Assembly: GCA_963665275.2 (NCBI GenBank)
Contig: CAXXIN010000013.1
Span: 224,001 to 288,000, forward strand
DNA length: 64,000 nt
Direction of reading: 5' to 3'
DNA from: Negativicutes bacterium
Lineage (GTDB): Bacteria > Bacillota > Negativicutes > UBA1444
The notes under the pieces are model-generated. The model saw only the letters and a program-made list of their open reading frames with translations, did not search any database and was not told the origin of the DNA. The translations under genes were made by a program, and so were the position numbers. This document shows, piece by piece, positions 7,606-16,831 of the stretch; position 1 is the first letter of the stretch; every line of letters starts with the position of its first letter.

Positions 7606-8462
7606 GCCGGCGCGCCCTGACGCGCCATCTCAGCCAACTTGTCAATGAAAGTTTGCGGGCGCCCAGTCTGCGGCTGCGGACTGGCCCGTTCCTCCAGGTA
7701 GCGGGAAATCACCCAGGTCGTGATGACTTTATAATCATCCCTGTATTCGCTGCATTTCCCCGGATGATTGGTTTTGTAAGCATCCAAAAGAGCGATGATC
7801 CGCTCTGCCCCGATCGCGCCATGCTCCAGGCACAGCCGTTCCCGCTCGTTCGGTTTCAAATAGACGGTATCCGCCTGCCGTTCGACTCCTTCGCGCAGCA
7901 TGGACGGGCAGGCTGTCTCCCGGTTTCGTCTGTTGCTCTGTTTTGGTTTCTCTCCTTCCCTCTCCTTTGCTTTAGTCTCTTCTGCTTTCCTTTCCTTTAC
8001 TTTGTCGGTTTCTGTCGGAATAGTTGCCGTTTCGGCGGAGTTATTCGCACAGAAACTCGCCGAAGGTTCATTTTCCAACGGTTTTTGCATACCGAAACCC
8101 GGCTTTTGCGGGGCGGCGCTTTTACGCCGATCAAACACCGGCTCCAGATTGCTGACGAAATGATCGCTCCAAACGATTTTCTCCGCCCACAATTCGGCAT
8201 CAATGGCTTCAATCTCTGACAGTTTGTCCAGAATGGCGGTGGCGACGGTTTCTGTCACCCGAGCCTTGGACAGCAGGTATTCCCAATCCGCCGAGCTGTT
8301 GCAGTTGTATGAAAAATCATTGGAGTCCCCCAGCAGCTCCAGCAGCTTGAACCAAAATGCATATCCGTCATTACCCCAGCGGGCTTCCAGAATCGCGATA
8401 GTTTTGCCGGTATGGGTCACATGAGGAAAATAGTCCACCTTCACTTTTGTCGGTCGTGCCAT
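7602..8462 (-). CDS. phage replication initiator (DUF4373 / Lin1244-Lin1753-like N-terminus)
   Basis: MARPTK.KVDYFPH...LEARWGNDGYAFWFKLLE; KE-rich spacer; C-terminal helical domain ending Y.DDY..I..WV; GGGAGG RBS. Confidence 0.82.
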   Translation of the reverse strand: MARPTKVKVDYFPHVTHTGKTIAILEARWGNDGYAFWFKLLELLGDSNDFSYNCNSSADWEYLLSKARVTETVATAILDKLSEIEAIDAELWAEKIVWSDHFVSNLEPVFDRRKSAAPQKPGFGMQKPLENEPSASFCANNSAETATIPTETDKVKERKAEETKAKEREGEKPKQSNRRNRETACPSMLREGVERQADTVYLKPNERERLCLEHGAIGAERIIALLDAYKTNHPGKCSEYRDDYKVITTWVISRYLEERASPQPQTGRPQTFIDKLAEMARQGAPA

Positions 8463-8668
8463 GTTGCGCCTCCCGGATCTATCAAAAATACCTGTGCGAC
8501 AGTTTTTCCCAGCGCCGCCGAAATTTCCCGCATCGTCTCCGCCCCCGGATTCCGCCGCTGTCCTTTGGCCAGCATGGAAACGTATTGCGCGGTAGTTCCT
8601 GCTAGTTCCGCAATGTACCGGTAGGTCAGTCCTTGCCGCACACGCCAATAATCAATCCTATTCTTCAC
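8441..8668 (-). CDS. XRE/Cro-like HTH regulator
   Basis: KNRI..WR...GLT...IAELAGTT.QYVS.L.KG.RRNP; GGAGG RBS and GTG start. Confidence 0.85.
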   Translation of the reverse strand: MKNRIDYWRVRQGLTYRYIAELAGTTAQYVSMLAKGQRRNPGAETMREISAALGKTVAQVFLIDPGGATWHDRQK

Positions 8669-8700
8669 ATGTTCACCTCCCAATTTATAACAATGAATTC

Positions 8701-8729
8701 ATACTATCACGTTGGTTTTGTTCAAGCAA
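8701..8729 (-). promoter_or_regulatory. sigmaA-type promoter for the cro-rep operon
   Basis: TTGCTT-N17-TAGTAT with an extended TG. Confidence 0.5.
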
Positions 8730-8821
8730 AACCGCTAACCACAACATAATTACCCCTCACAATGTCACACAATCGACGATAATCAAATACGTTTCAAATT
8801 ATTAAAATTACGCCCATTTAC

Positions 8822-8851
8822 TTGAAGATAAGTAAACTAATAGTTTATAAT
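8822..8851 (+). promoter_or_regulatory. repressor promoter with palindromic operator
   Basis: TTGAAG-N18-TATAAT; palindrome TAAACTA-A-TAGTTTA (8833-8847) between the boxes. Confidence 0.6.
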
Positions 8852-8893
8852 GTGATTGATCCCCTACTGGTAATAGTAAAGGAGAAGGTGAAC

Positions 8894-9289
8894 ATGTTCG
8901 GTGAAAACTTGAGACGAATTATGAAGAAAAAAAATATAACTTCTCGATATTTGGCAGCGAAAATCGGCGTCACGGAAACGTATATCAGCTATTTATTGAC
9001 CGGCAAAAAGAAACCCAGCTTAAAAATCGTGGAAACCCTGACCGAGTTTCTCGACGTGAGCGTTTCTGATTTGATCACGAAAAAAGAACCTCCGCCTAAT
9101 GTAAAGCTGGAGGCTCTAGCCCAAAAATATGAGTCGGTACTTTTGGCAATGGAATCGATGAGGCCTGAGCTTGTCGCGGAGTTGTCTTCTCGAATCGAGG
9201 CCGCTGCCTGTTTGTTCCCGCGCACGGATGTATCAGCGAAAACGGACCAGGGCGGCGCCGCCTATTTGCGCAAGAAAAAAGTTGGCTGA
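8894..9289 (+). CDS. XRE family CI-like repressor (no peptidase domain)
   Basis: MFGENLRR.M....IT...LA.KIGVTE.YIS....GKK.PSL; divergent from the cro-like gene. Confidence 0.88.
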   Translation: MFGENLRRIMKKKNITSRYLAAKIGVTETYISYLLTGKKKPSLKIVETLTEFLDVSVSDLITKKEPPPNVKLEALAQKYESVLLAMESMRPELVAELSSRIEAAACLFPRTDVSAKTDQGGAAYLRKKKVG

Positions 9290-9305
9290 AAGGCTGGGGT
9301 GCTTA

Positions 9306-10004
9306 ATGAAGTTGTTTCAAATCAGATTTTGGGTTATAGCAGTATTGGTTGCCGCAACTTTCGCATTGGGTCTCATGGAACAAGCTCAAGCGGCTCCTTC
9401 GAAAGCGGGGCAAACCATTACTTTGGAAAAACTGCTCAAGCAAAGTGCCACCCCTGTATATTTTAAGATGCCGGATAGTTTTTTCTACAAATTGACCATC
9501 GAAGGCGCTCCGATTGCTACCAAAGCGCAATGTGTCGCTTATTTACGTAAAACGAATCCTTTCCCCCTTATCTCAGTAAGTGTTGAGAAACTGGTCGATA
9601 TTTATTACCGGGAAGGCCAGAAAGAAAATGTGCGGCCGGACTTGGCGTTTGCACAGGCATTGTTGGAAACAGGGCATTTCAGTTATGGCGGGGATGTTTA
9701 CCCCCAGCAAAACAATTATGCCGGGATTGGCGCTACCGGAAACAAAGTTAAGGGAGCCTATTTCCCAACTGCAGAAATCGGGGTGCGAAGTCAGATACAA
9801 CACCTTCTGGCTTACGCTTCGGAACGACGGCCCCGCGAAAAAATCGTTGATCCGCGCTATGAGCTGCTGGCCAAGATTCCGGCAAAGCATGGAAAAATAA
9901 AGACGTGGATGGCACTTGGGGGTAATTGGGCGGTCCCGGGGGCAAATTACGGCGTCAACATCTTTAAAATACATAGTCGAATTCTAAATATGCCTGTGCT
10001 ATGA
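9306..10004 (+). CDS. secreted glucosaminidase-domain (GH73-like) peptidoglycan hydrolase
   Basis: Signal peptide; EG..E.VRPD.AFAQALLETG.F.YGGDV...QNNYAGIGA, HL.AYA, VDPR and L.G.WA.PG..YG. Confidence 0.85.
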   Translation: MKLFQIRFWVIAVLVAATFALGLMEQAQAAPSKAGQTITLEKLLKQSATPVYFKMPDSFFYKLTIEGAPIATKAQCVAYLRKTNPFPLISVSVEKLVDIYYREGQKENVRPDLAFAQALLETGHFSYGGDVYPQQNNYAGIGATGNKVKGAYFPTAEIGVRSQIQHLLAYASERRPREKIVDPRYELLAKIPAKHGKIKTWMALGGNWAVPGANYGVNIFKIHSRILNMPVL

Positions 10005-10055
10005 TCTAATTGAATGAATGCAAAAAAGAGCGAGTGTTGTAGGAGGTGCAGAAGG

Positions 10056-12500
10056 ATGGATCCAGTGAGAAAAACGGTTACGGTAGAAGAGGTCAAAGAG
10101 GGAATTTTGAAGCATCTGTTGACTACGCAGGGACAGATTCCGGAGATCGCGTCGACTAACGATTACTATCAAGCGGTCGCCCACGCTGTACATGACATCA
10201 TCCTGCTCAAACTTGGCGAGAGTCTCAAATGGATGGTTCACAATAAAGACCACCGACTGATGTGTTATTTATCGGCGGAGTATCTGATCGGACCGCAACT
10301 GGGCAACAGCCTGATCTGTTTTGACGCTATGGATTTGGTGCGGCAGGCGGTAACCGAATTGGGCGTCGATTTTGATAAAATGCTTGATTGCGAAGATGAG
10401 CCCGGCCTCGGGAATGGAGGACTCGGCAGACTGGCGGCGTGCTATATCGATTCCTGCGCCACCACCGGCGTGCCAGCGATCGGCTATGGCATCCGCTATG
10501 AATTCGGCATTTTCAGCCAGGAGATTCACGAGGGCTGGCAGGTGGAAAAGGCCGATAAATGGCTGCGCCAAGGATTCCCCTGGGAAACGGCGAGGCCATC
10601 TCTGGCCCTTGATGTCGGTTTTGGCGGTCACACTCAATTCAGCACTGACGCAGAGGGACGAACCGTGGCCGTATGGCAGCCACAGGAGCGAGTCAAGGGA
10701 ATCCCTTGCGACATCGTCGTTCCAGCCTACGGTTCGAATTCAGTGAGCCTTTTGCGCCTGTTCAAAGCGGAAGCTACCGAGGCTTTCCATTTTGACGCCT
10801 TTAATTTCGGCAATTATTATGGTGCAGTCAACGACAAGGTTTTATCGGAAAACATTTCAAAAGTTCTCTATCCCAATGATGAGCAGTTTGAAGGAAAGCA
10901 GTTGCGATTGAAGCAACAGTATTTTTTTGTTAGTTGCGCGCTGCAGGATATGCTGCGGATTTTGGCGCTCCAAGGCCTCGGCGTGGAACATTTTGCGACC
11001 AAGTTTGCCGTGCAGCTCAACGACACGCATCCGTCGATTGCGGTGGCCGAGCTGATGCGTTTATTGGTAGATCAGCACCGCCTCCCCTGGGAAGAGGCGT
11101 GGGAAATCACCCGGGACGCTCTTGGTTATACGAATCACACCTTGCTGCCGGAAGCCTTGGAATGTTGGCCGATTTCTCTGTTTGCTCAGCTGTTGCCGCG
11201 TCATTTGGAAATCATATATGAAATCAACCAACGCTTCCTCGACTCCATACGCCCGCTATACCCAAACGATACGGGGAAAATCCAGCGCCTATCGTTGGTG
11301 GATGATGAGGGAAAGAAGATTCGCATGGCCAACCTGGCTTGCGTTGGCAGCCACGCCATCAACGGGGTTGCCGAGCTTCATTCCACGCTTCTCCAACAAA
11401 CGGTCTTGCGAGACTTTTACGAACTTTATCCGGAAAAATTCTGCAATGTGACGAACGGTGTCACGCCTAGGCGTTTCCTGGCCTTGGCCAATCAGGAGTT
11501 GACCGCGTTGATCAACGAGAAAATCGGCCAGGGCTGGATCAAAGATTTATACAAACTGAAAGAATTGGAGTCATTTGCCAAAGATGCCGATTTTCAACGC
11601 CGCTGGGCTGCAATCAAGCTGAATAACAAAAAGCGGCTGGCAGCGCTCATTGCCGAGCGAACAGGAATCAGCATCGATCCGAATTCGATGTTTGATGTGC
11701 AGGTCAAACGGATCCACGAATATAAACGCCAGCATTTGAATATCTTGCAGCTGATCGCGCAGTATAATCGGCTGAAACGCGGCGAGACAGCCGGGTTCGC
11801 CCCGCGCACCGTGATTGTCGCCGGCAAGGCGGCGCCGGGATATTATCTGGCAAAATTGATCATCAAGCTCATCAATTCTGTGGCGGAAGTCATCAACAAC
11901 GATCCAGATACGAATTCGCTGCTGAAAGTCGTATTCTTCCCCAATTACAGCGTTAAAAACGGCAACGTGATCTTCCCTGCCGCAGATCTATCGGAACAGA
12001 TTTCCACCGCAGGCAAAGAGGCTTCCGGCACAGGCAATATGAAACTGTCATTGAATGGGGCTCTTACCATCGGCACATTGGATGGTGCGAACGTTGAAAT
12101 CCGCCAGGAGGTCGGCAGCGAGAACTTCTTCCTGTTTGGCCTCATCACCGAAGAAGTAGAGCGGATCAAGCGGGAAGGCTATCGCCCCAGAAGCTATGTC
12201 GAGGGTAATCCGCTGCTGCAGGAAGTCATCGACCAATTGTCCAGCGGCGTTTTCTCGAGCGGCGACCGCGAATTGTTCCGCCCGTTGGTGGACTCCCTGC
12301 TGAATTGGGATGAATATATGGTGTTGGCTGATTTTGACGCCTATGACAAGTGCCATCAGCAGGTCGACCAGCTTTATCTGAATCAAAAAAAATGGACCCA
12401 AATGTCCATTTTCAATGTCGCACGCATGGGCAAGTTTTCATCGGATCGGGCAATACGCGAATATTGCCGTGATATCTGGAAGATAACCCCGCAATTGTAG
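10056..12500 (+). CDS. glgP: glycogen/maltodextrin phosphorylase
   Basis: GLGNGGLGRLAAC, QLNDTHP, KRIHEYKRQ and the PLP motif EASGTGNMK. Confidence 0.97.
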   Translation: MDPVRKTVTVEEVKEGILKHLLTTQGQIPEIASTNDYYQAVAHAVHDIILLKLGESLKWMVHNKDHRLMCYLSAEYLIGPQLGNSLICFDAMDLVRQAVTELGVDFDKMLDCEDEPGLGNGGLGRLAACYIDSCATTGVPAIGYGIRYEFGIFSQEIHEGWQVEKADKWLRQGFPWETARPSLALDVGFGGHTQFSTDAEGRTVAVWQPQERVKGIPCDIVVPAYGSNSVSLLRLFKAEATEAFHFDAFNFGNYYGAVNDKVLSENISKVLYPNDEQFEGKQLRLKQQYFFVSCALQDMLRILALQGLGVEHFATKFAVQLNDTHPSIAVAELMRLLVDQHRLPWEEAWEITRDALGYTNHTLLPEALECWPISLFAQLLPRHLEIIYEINQRFLDSIRPLYPNDTGKIQRLSLVDDEGKKIRMANLACVGSHAINGVAELHSTLLQQTVLRDFYELYPEKFCNVTNGVTPRRFLALANQELTALINEKIGQGWIKDLYKLKELESFAKDADFQRRWAAIKLNNKKRLAALIAERTGISIDPNSMFDVQVKRIHEYKRQHLNILQLIAQYNRLKRGETAGFAPRTVIVAGKAAPGYYLAKLIIKLINSVAEVINNDPDTNSLLKVVFFPNYSVKNGNVIFPAADLSEQISTAGKEASGTGNMKLSLNGALTIGTLDGANVEIRQEVGSENFFLFGLITEEVERIKREGYRPRSYVEGNPLLQEVIDQLSSGVFSSGDRELFRPLVDSLLNWDEYMVLADFDAYDKCHQQVDQLYLNQKKWTQMSIFNVARMGKFSSDRAIREYCRDIWKITPQL

Positions 12501-12543
12501 CAACTCCGTTACTGGGAAAAATGAACTTTGCGAGGTCGCCGTT

Positions 12544-13791
12544 ATGACCCCATCGATTAAGGCTAGCAACGCCGCCTTCCCCTTTGAAGATTCCATCCGG
12601 TTTATTTATGCGCTGGCCATGGCGATCGAGCAATACGCCGGTCATTCTCATGACACAGACCAGTTTTTGCACCGGATCATTCGGGTCCTGGAACTTCACG
12701 CCAATATCCACGCGACACCCAACTCCATGGTGATTGGACTTTGGCAGGAAGACGAGCTTCAGCAAAAAGTTTTCACTGTGACGAAACGGAATACTCAGTA
12801 TGACATGTCCCGACTATCCGAGATCATGGAAGTCGCCGCAGAACTGGAGGATAGGCGGATCAGCCCCGCCCAGGGATTAGCTCGGCTGCAACGGATCGAA
12901 GCCGCGCCAGCTCTCTATGGCTCTTGTTACAACGCCCTCACGTTTCTGGGCAGCGGCATGGCGTTCGGCGTGATCATGGGTCTGCCTTGGTTGGACGTTC
13001 TGCTCGGCGGATTTTTCGGTCTCACAGCCTATGGTTCTGAGGTTTTGGCCCGTCGCATCCCCGGAACAGGGTACGCCCTGGAGTTTCTCGTCGCCGCCGC
13101 TTCGGCGTTTTTGGCCGCCATCGCAGCCTTTCTGTCGCCAGGAATCCATGCGATAGCCTTGACAATCTGCGCCATCATCATCTATGTGCCAGGCTTCGGC
13201 CTCACCATCGCCCCGCGCGAAATCGTTCTGGGCGATACGCTGTCAGGGATCATCTATTTCACCAACGCGTTCTTCGTTTCCATCAAACTCTTGTTCGGCG
13301 CTTTCGCCGGTTTCGGCATCGCCGGCACTCTGTTCGTCCTGCCGGCAGTCGAAAAAGCAGCAGGAGTCCCTCATCTGTTCACCTGGATTTTTGCACCGAT
13401 TCTGCCGCTTTGCATCGCCATCCAGTTTGGCGTCTCCCCGCGCAGACTGTGGTTGGTCGTATCAGGCGCCCTGCTGGTTTGGGCCGGTGTCCAATTGGGC
13501 GGATTGCTGGGTTCCTGGCAAGGCGCTTTCCTGGGCGCGGTCATTCTGGCCGTTTTCTCCAAGTTGGCGGCTCTGCGGTTCAAAACGACGTCATTGACCG
13601 TCATTTTGCCAGTCGTCATGATCCTGGTTCCCGGCTTCGCTTTTGTCTCATTCCTATATACACTGCAAACGCAGGGAATTATCGTTGGGATCGATATGGG
13701 CTTGCAGGTATTCGCGACCCTCGCCGCGATCATTGGCGGATTTTTTCTCGGTGAGTTCATTGTATCGGCGGTCACGCCCAAAAAAAAATAG
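12544..13791 (+). CDS. threonine/serine exporter (ThrE family)
   Basis: Soluble N-terminal region, about 10 TM helices, two IxxVPG repeats. Confidence 0.8.
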   Translation: MTPSIKASNAAFPFEDSIRFIYALAMAIEQYAGHSHDTDQFLHRIIRVLELHANIHATPNSMVIGLWQEDELQQKVFTVTKRNTQYDMSRLSEIMEVAAELEDRRISPAQGLARLQRIEAAPALYGSCYNALTFLGSGMAFGVIMGLPWLDVLLGGFFGLTAYGSEVLARRIPGTGYALEFLVAAASAFLAAIAAFLSPGIHAIALTICAIIIYVPGFGLTIAPREIVLGDTLSGIIYFTNAFFVSIKLLFGAFAGFGIAGTLFVLPAVEKAAGVPHLFTWIFAPILPLCIAIQFGVSPRRLWLVVSGALLVWAGVQLGGLLGSWQGAFLGAVILAVFSKLAALRFKTTSLTVILPVVMILVPGFAFVSFLYTLQTQGIIVGIDMGLQVFATLAAIIGGFFLGEFIVSAVTPKKK

Positions 13792-13863
13792 ACGGTCCCG
13801 CAATCGTCGAATCCTTCGCTGCGGGGTCGTCTATTTTCATGTCCAAATAATTTGTGCGGCGGC

Positions 13864-15099
13864 TTAGGCCGACTTGTAGACCTTGCCTGCTTTCATTACG
13901 AAGTTGACTTTTTCCATCACCGTGATATCCGTGAACGGATTGCCCGGCACAGCGATGATATCGGCGGTTTTCCCTGGAGCGAGGACTCCGAGATCGCTTT
14001 TCTGCAGCAACTCGGCAGCGACGCTGGTCGCGGCGCGCAAAGCTCGAAGCGGAGCTATGCCGTTGGTCACCATCTCGCCGAACTCCACTGCTCCGTTGGT
14101 ACTGTAGGGCAAGATGCCCATATCCGTGCCAAAGGCGATTTTTACGTTGCTTTTCGCGAGTATGGCAGCGGCCTCCAGCAGTTCTTTCCGGTATTTCCGC
14201 ACCTTGATTTTGCAGAAGGGGCTCATGCCACTGGACGTCCAGTAATCCTCGTCATTGGCGAACCGCGCCGATCTGGCGCCGGCATACTGGGTAGGAACCA
14301 CGAAAATCCCCTTGTCTTCCATGAGGGCGAACGTCTCTTTCGTTGCCATGCTGCCATGTTCAACGGAACGGACACCGGCGAGTACGGACATTCTGATGGC
14401 ATCATTCCCCACCAGATGCGCGGCAACCGATCGACCGAACTGGGTGGCGGTGGCAACGAGGACATTCATTTCTTCTTGCGTGTAGGAAACTTGGACCGGA
14501 TCATCGGCAGGCGAGGAAAAGCCGCCGGATGGGGCAAACTTGATCCATTCTGCGCCCCAGGCGATCTCTTCCCTCACCACCCGGCGAATCTCATCAGGAC
14601 CGTCCGCCAGGCAATTCTGCCAAGGACGGCAGTCCGGCGCAAGAATCATGGTAGCGTCCATATGGCCGCCTCTGGCGGAGATCATGTGCCCCGAGGTAAT
14701 CAGCCGCGCTCCTTCGATGATGCCATTTTCCAAGGCGCTCTTCACGTCCCTGATCGTGTAGCCGTGAACATCCATGTCGCCGCAATCCCGCACGGTAGTA
14801 AACCCGTTCATCAGGTGGATTTTCAACGCCGCAGCGCCCAGAATGGCTTTGTAACCGGCGCCAATCCCCCAGAAATTAGCCGTTCCCTCCGGCCTGCAAG
14901 TGATATGAACATGACAGTCGATGAGTCCAGGCATGACCATCCGGTCGGTCAGATCAATGTGCACGGCCTCTGGCGGCGCGGCGACAAAGGCGCCCACTTC
15001 CTGGATCACGCCATCCTTGACGAGAATCTTCGCAGGTCCCATCGGAGCATCGGCGACACCGTCCCAAAAGCCGCCTGCCGAAATGATGGTAGTTGTCAT
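13864..15099 (-). CDS. metal-dependent amidohydrolase (prolidase-like)
   Basis: MPGLIDCHVH, GFTTVRD.G, GA.WIK, SVEHG, AFGTD and GKTADIIAV.GNP. Confidence 0.9.
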   Translation of the reverse strand: MTTTIISAGGFWDGVADAPMGPAKILVKDGVIQEVGAFVAAPPEAVHIDLTDRMVMPGLIDCHVHITCRPEGTANFWGIGAGYKAILGAAALKIHLMNGFTTVRDCGDMDVHGYTIRDVKSALENGIIEGARLITSGHMISARGGHMDATMILAPDCRPWQNCLADGPDEIRRVVREEIAWGAEWIKFAPSGGFSSPADDPVQVSYTQEEMNVLVATATQFGRSVAAHLVGNDAIRMSVLAGVRSVEHGSMATKETFALMEDKGIFVVPTQYAGARSARFANDEDYWTSSGMSPFCKIKVRKYRKELLEAAAILAKSNVKIAFGTDMGILPYSTNGAVEFGEMVTNGIAPLRALRAATSVAAELLQKSDLGVLAPGKTADIIAVPGNPFTDITVMEKVNFVMKAGKVYKSA

Positions 15100-15239
15100 G
15101 AAATTTCCCTCCCTTAGTAATCAAACATTTTTCTTCGATTTTTCGTTTTATCGCAGTATCTCACATTGATCGTGTCGAGCAACTCTTCGGTTAGACTGTG
15201 TTTGCTGGTCGCGATGTGGTTTTGGGGTATAGAAACGCT

Positions 15240-15380
15240 GGGTCTATGCCCTCAAGGTAAAATCCAATTTGACTGCCCCGACTCTCCATGTTATGTGAAC
15301 TTGATTTGTTTTGGGATGGTTACTTGTCCCTTATGTGTCACGGTTGCCCATGATTGCAGATTCGTCGCCAACATATCCAT
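15240..15380 (-). pseudogene. AbrB/MazE/VapB-type antitoxin remnant
   Basis: Not in the ORF track. AGGAGG RBS, MDMLATNLQSWATVTHKGQVTIPKQIKFT*, continuing in another frame as GSQIGFYLEG; no toxin follows. Confidence 0.7.
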
Positions 15381-15390
15381 TACCTCCTGC

Positions 15391-15427
15391 ATTTATCATT
15401 ACTCTTTACTGTATAGTAATGATAAAT
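15391..15427. promoter_or_regulatory. palindromic operator of the antitoxin remnant
   Basis: ATTTATCATTACT-N11-AGTAATGATAAAT, perfect 13-bp arms, next to a TTGACG -35 box. Confidence 0.65.
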
Positions 15428-15507
15428 TGCCGTCAATTCCTTGAATTTTGCAGCCTATTAACTTGGCCGATTTCTATTCTCACTTTTTATTCCAACTCGA
15501 ACGCAGA

Positions 15508-15604
15508 CAAAAAGATATTCGCCAAAAGTAGAATTTTTTCGTATTCGTAACGAATCTTCACAAAATGAAAAACCCCTTATACAAAAATTGTACAGGGGAT
15601 TTTT
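15508..15604. repeat. ~97-bp direct repeat, left copy (includes a terminator-like hairpin)
   Basis: CAAAAAGATATTCGCCAAAAGTAGAA...TGTACAGGGGATTTTT, near-identical to 19889-19984. Confidence 0.9.
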
Positions 15605-15723
15605 GCTACTTTATACTACCCACCGGGTAGTCTTTGGGGAAACTTTGTTTGCCGGATTTTTATATTACCCAGAGAAAAAAGCGCGCAAAAAAAGCGAGAA
15701 GTGTTGTCAACACATTCCCTGGA

Positions 15724-15993
15724 TCACCGAGTATATATTTCGCGTCGATGTCCGATATTCAGCACCAGGACGATAATGCGATCATCCTCGATGGAGCAAA
15801 TTATTCGGTAATCTCCCACGCGATAACGCCATAATCCGGATAGGTTAGCTTTTAGAGGCTCGCCAAAGTGACGGGGGTTTTTGCAACCGTCAATTCGTTC
15901 TGACAAATAGTCCAATAGTCGTTTTTGCGTGGCTCGGTCCAAGGCCGCTAGTTGTTTTTGCGCAGTAGGACTGATCTCAACAGTCCAGCCCAA
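15724..15993 (-). CDS. relE: RelE/ParE family toxin
   Basis: A.KQL..LD...Q.R, NPR..G.PL...LSGLWRYRVGDYRIIC.I.D....VLVL.IGHRREIY. Confidence 0.93.
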   Translation of the reverse strand: MGWTVEISPTAQKQLAALDRATQKRLLDYLSERIDGCKNPRHFGEPLKANLSGLWRYRVGDYRIICSIEDDRIIVLVLNIGHRREIYTR

Positions 15994-16189
15994 GCTCGCG
16001 CCTCACTTCCGACAGTGATTTTGTACCATTCATATCGCGCAAGGACTTTTCAGCTAGGGCTGTGTCCTCCAAGTCTTCAAAATAGCGGACGAGGGCTTCC
16101 CTTACAATCGCGCTGCGGTTTCTTTTTTGTGCTTTTGCAGTTGCCTCCAAAACATCTTCCAGTTCTCGATCCATTCGTATGGCCAACAT
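15977..16189 (-). CDS. ribbon-helix-helix antitoxin (RelB-like)
   Basis: MLAIRMDRELE..LE..AK...RNRS.IVREAL..Y.EDLED...A...SL.EV..ELGL; overlaps the toxin start. Confidence 0.88.
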   Translation of the reverse strand: MLAIRMDRELEDVLEATAKAQKRNRSAIVREALVRYFEDLEDTALAEKSLRDMNGTKSLSEVRRELGLDC

Positions 16190-16293
16190 GATTGCTCTCC
16201 TCCTCCTACTCCGTATAACAAAGTATAACATCTGGGTGATGAAAAAAAGCAATAAATCGCATTTTAAAAAGAGCTTAATGCGTTATCGCCCAA

Positions 16294-16325
16294 GAATCCA
16301 ACGCTTTTAGGCGTGTGGAGTGTCA
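16294..16325 (+). mobile_element. orphan IS200/IS605-type right-end hairpin
   Basis: GAATCCAACGCTTTTAGGCGTGTGGAGTGTCA resembles the GAATCCCACG.CTTTAG.CGTGGGAGTGTCA end motif; no tnpA/tnpB adjacent. Confidence 0.5.
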
Positions 16326-16712
16326 TTAGGGATTGCCTGAGAATACTCCAATGCTGACGCATCCGCCTGATGAAGTGACTACGTGTTATGGTTTCTTAAA
16401 AAACAATCCGATGATGTATGAGCGGTGCAAAGATAGGCGGTTGGGGAAAGAAGGCTACCGCAAAGCGGTGATCAAAAATTATTGAAGCTTCTCAAACGAT
16501 CAGCATTATGCGCTCTTTTACTGTGCTCAGGACTATCTGAAATTACGATTCCAGCATTCATCCGCCGACCTCAGGTTAGGGCCTACTTCGCATTGACGGT
16601 ACGTTGCGCGTTGGGTAAGCTATATCCGGGGCGGACTGAAAGATTTACTATCACTGGCTGGCGGCATTCGCAAAGTTTGGGGTTATGTATTAAAAAGTAT
16701 AGAACACGCCAA

Positions 16713-16742
16713 AGAGCAGGTCAGTTGTCTTTGACCTGCTCT
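16713..16742 (-). terminator. terminator-like hairpin after the autotransporter gene
   Basis: AGAGCAGGTCA ... TGACCTGCTCT. Confidence 0.55.
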
Positions 16743-16831
16743 TCCGACTAGTTGTTTATACCGGGTTTGCCGTAATTTTGCAAATATTGGTTAAAAAGAA
16801 AGATTCATCAATGTTGTTTCTATTTTTAAAT

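Noticed and set aside
8463-8648. Long N-terminal extension of the Rep ORF overlapping cro
   Set aside because: Family-typical start MARP with an RBS is at 8462; the extension is an alternative frame of the cro gene
16326-16751. Hammerhead-like CUGAUGA (16367-16373) and the 89-aa ORF at 16482
   Set aside because: No properly placed GAAA or stems, and the ORF lacks an RBS and motifs; it looks like degenerate DNA
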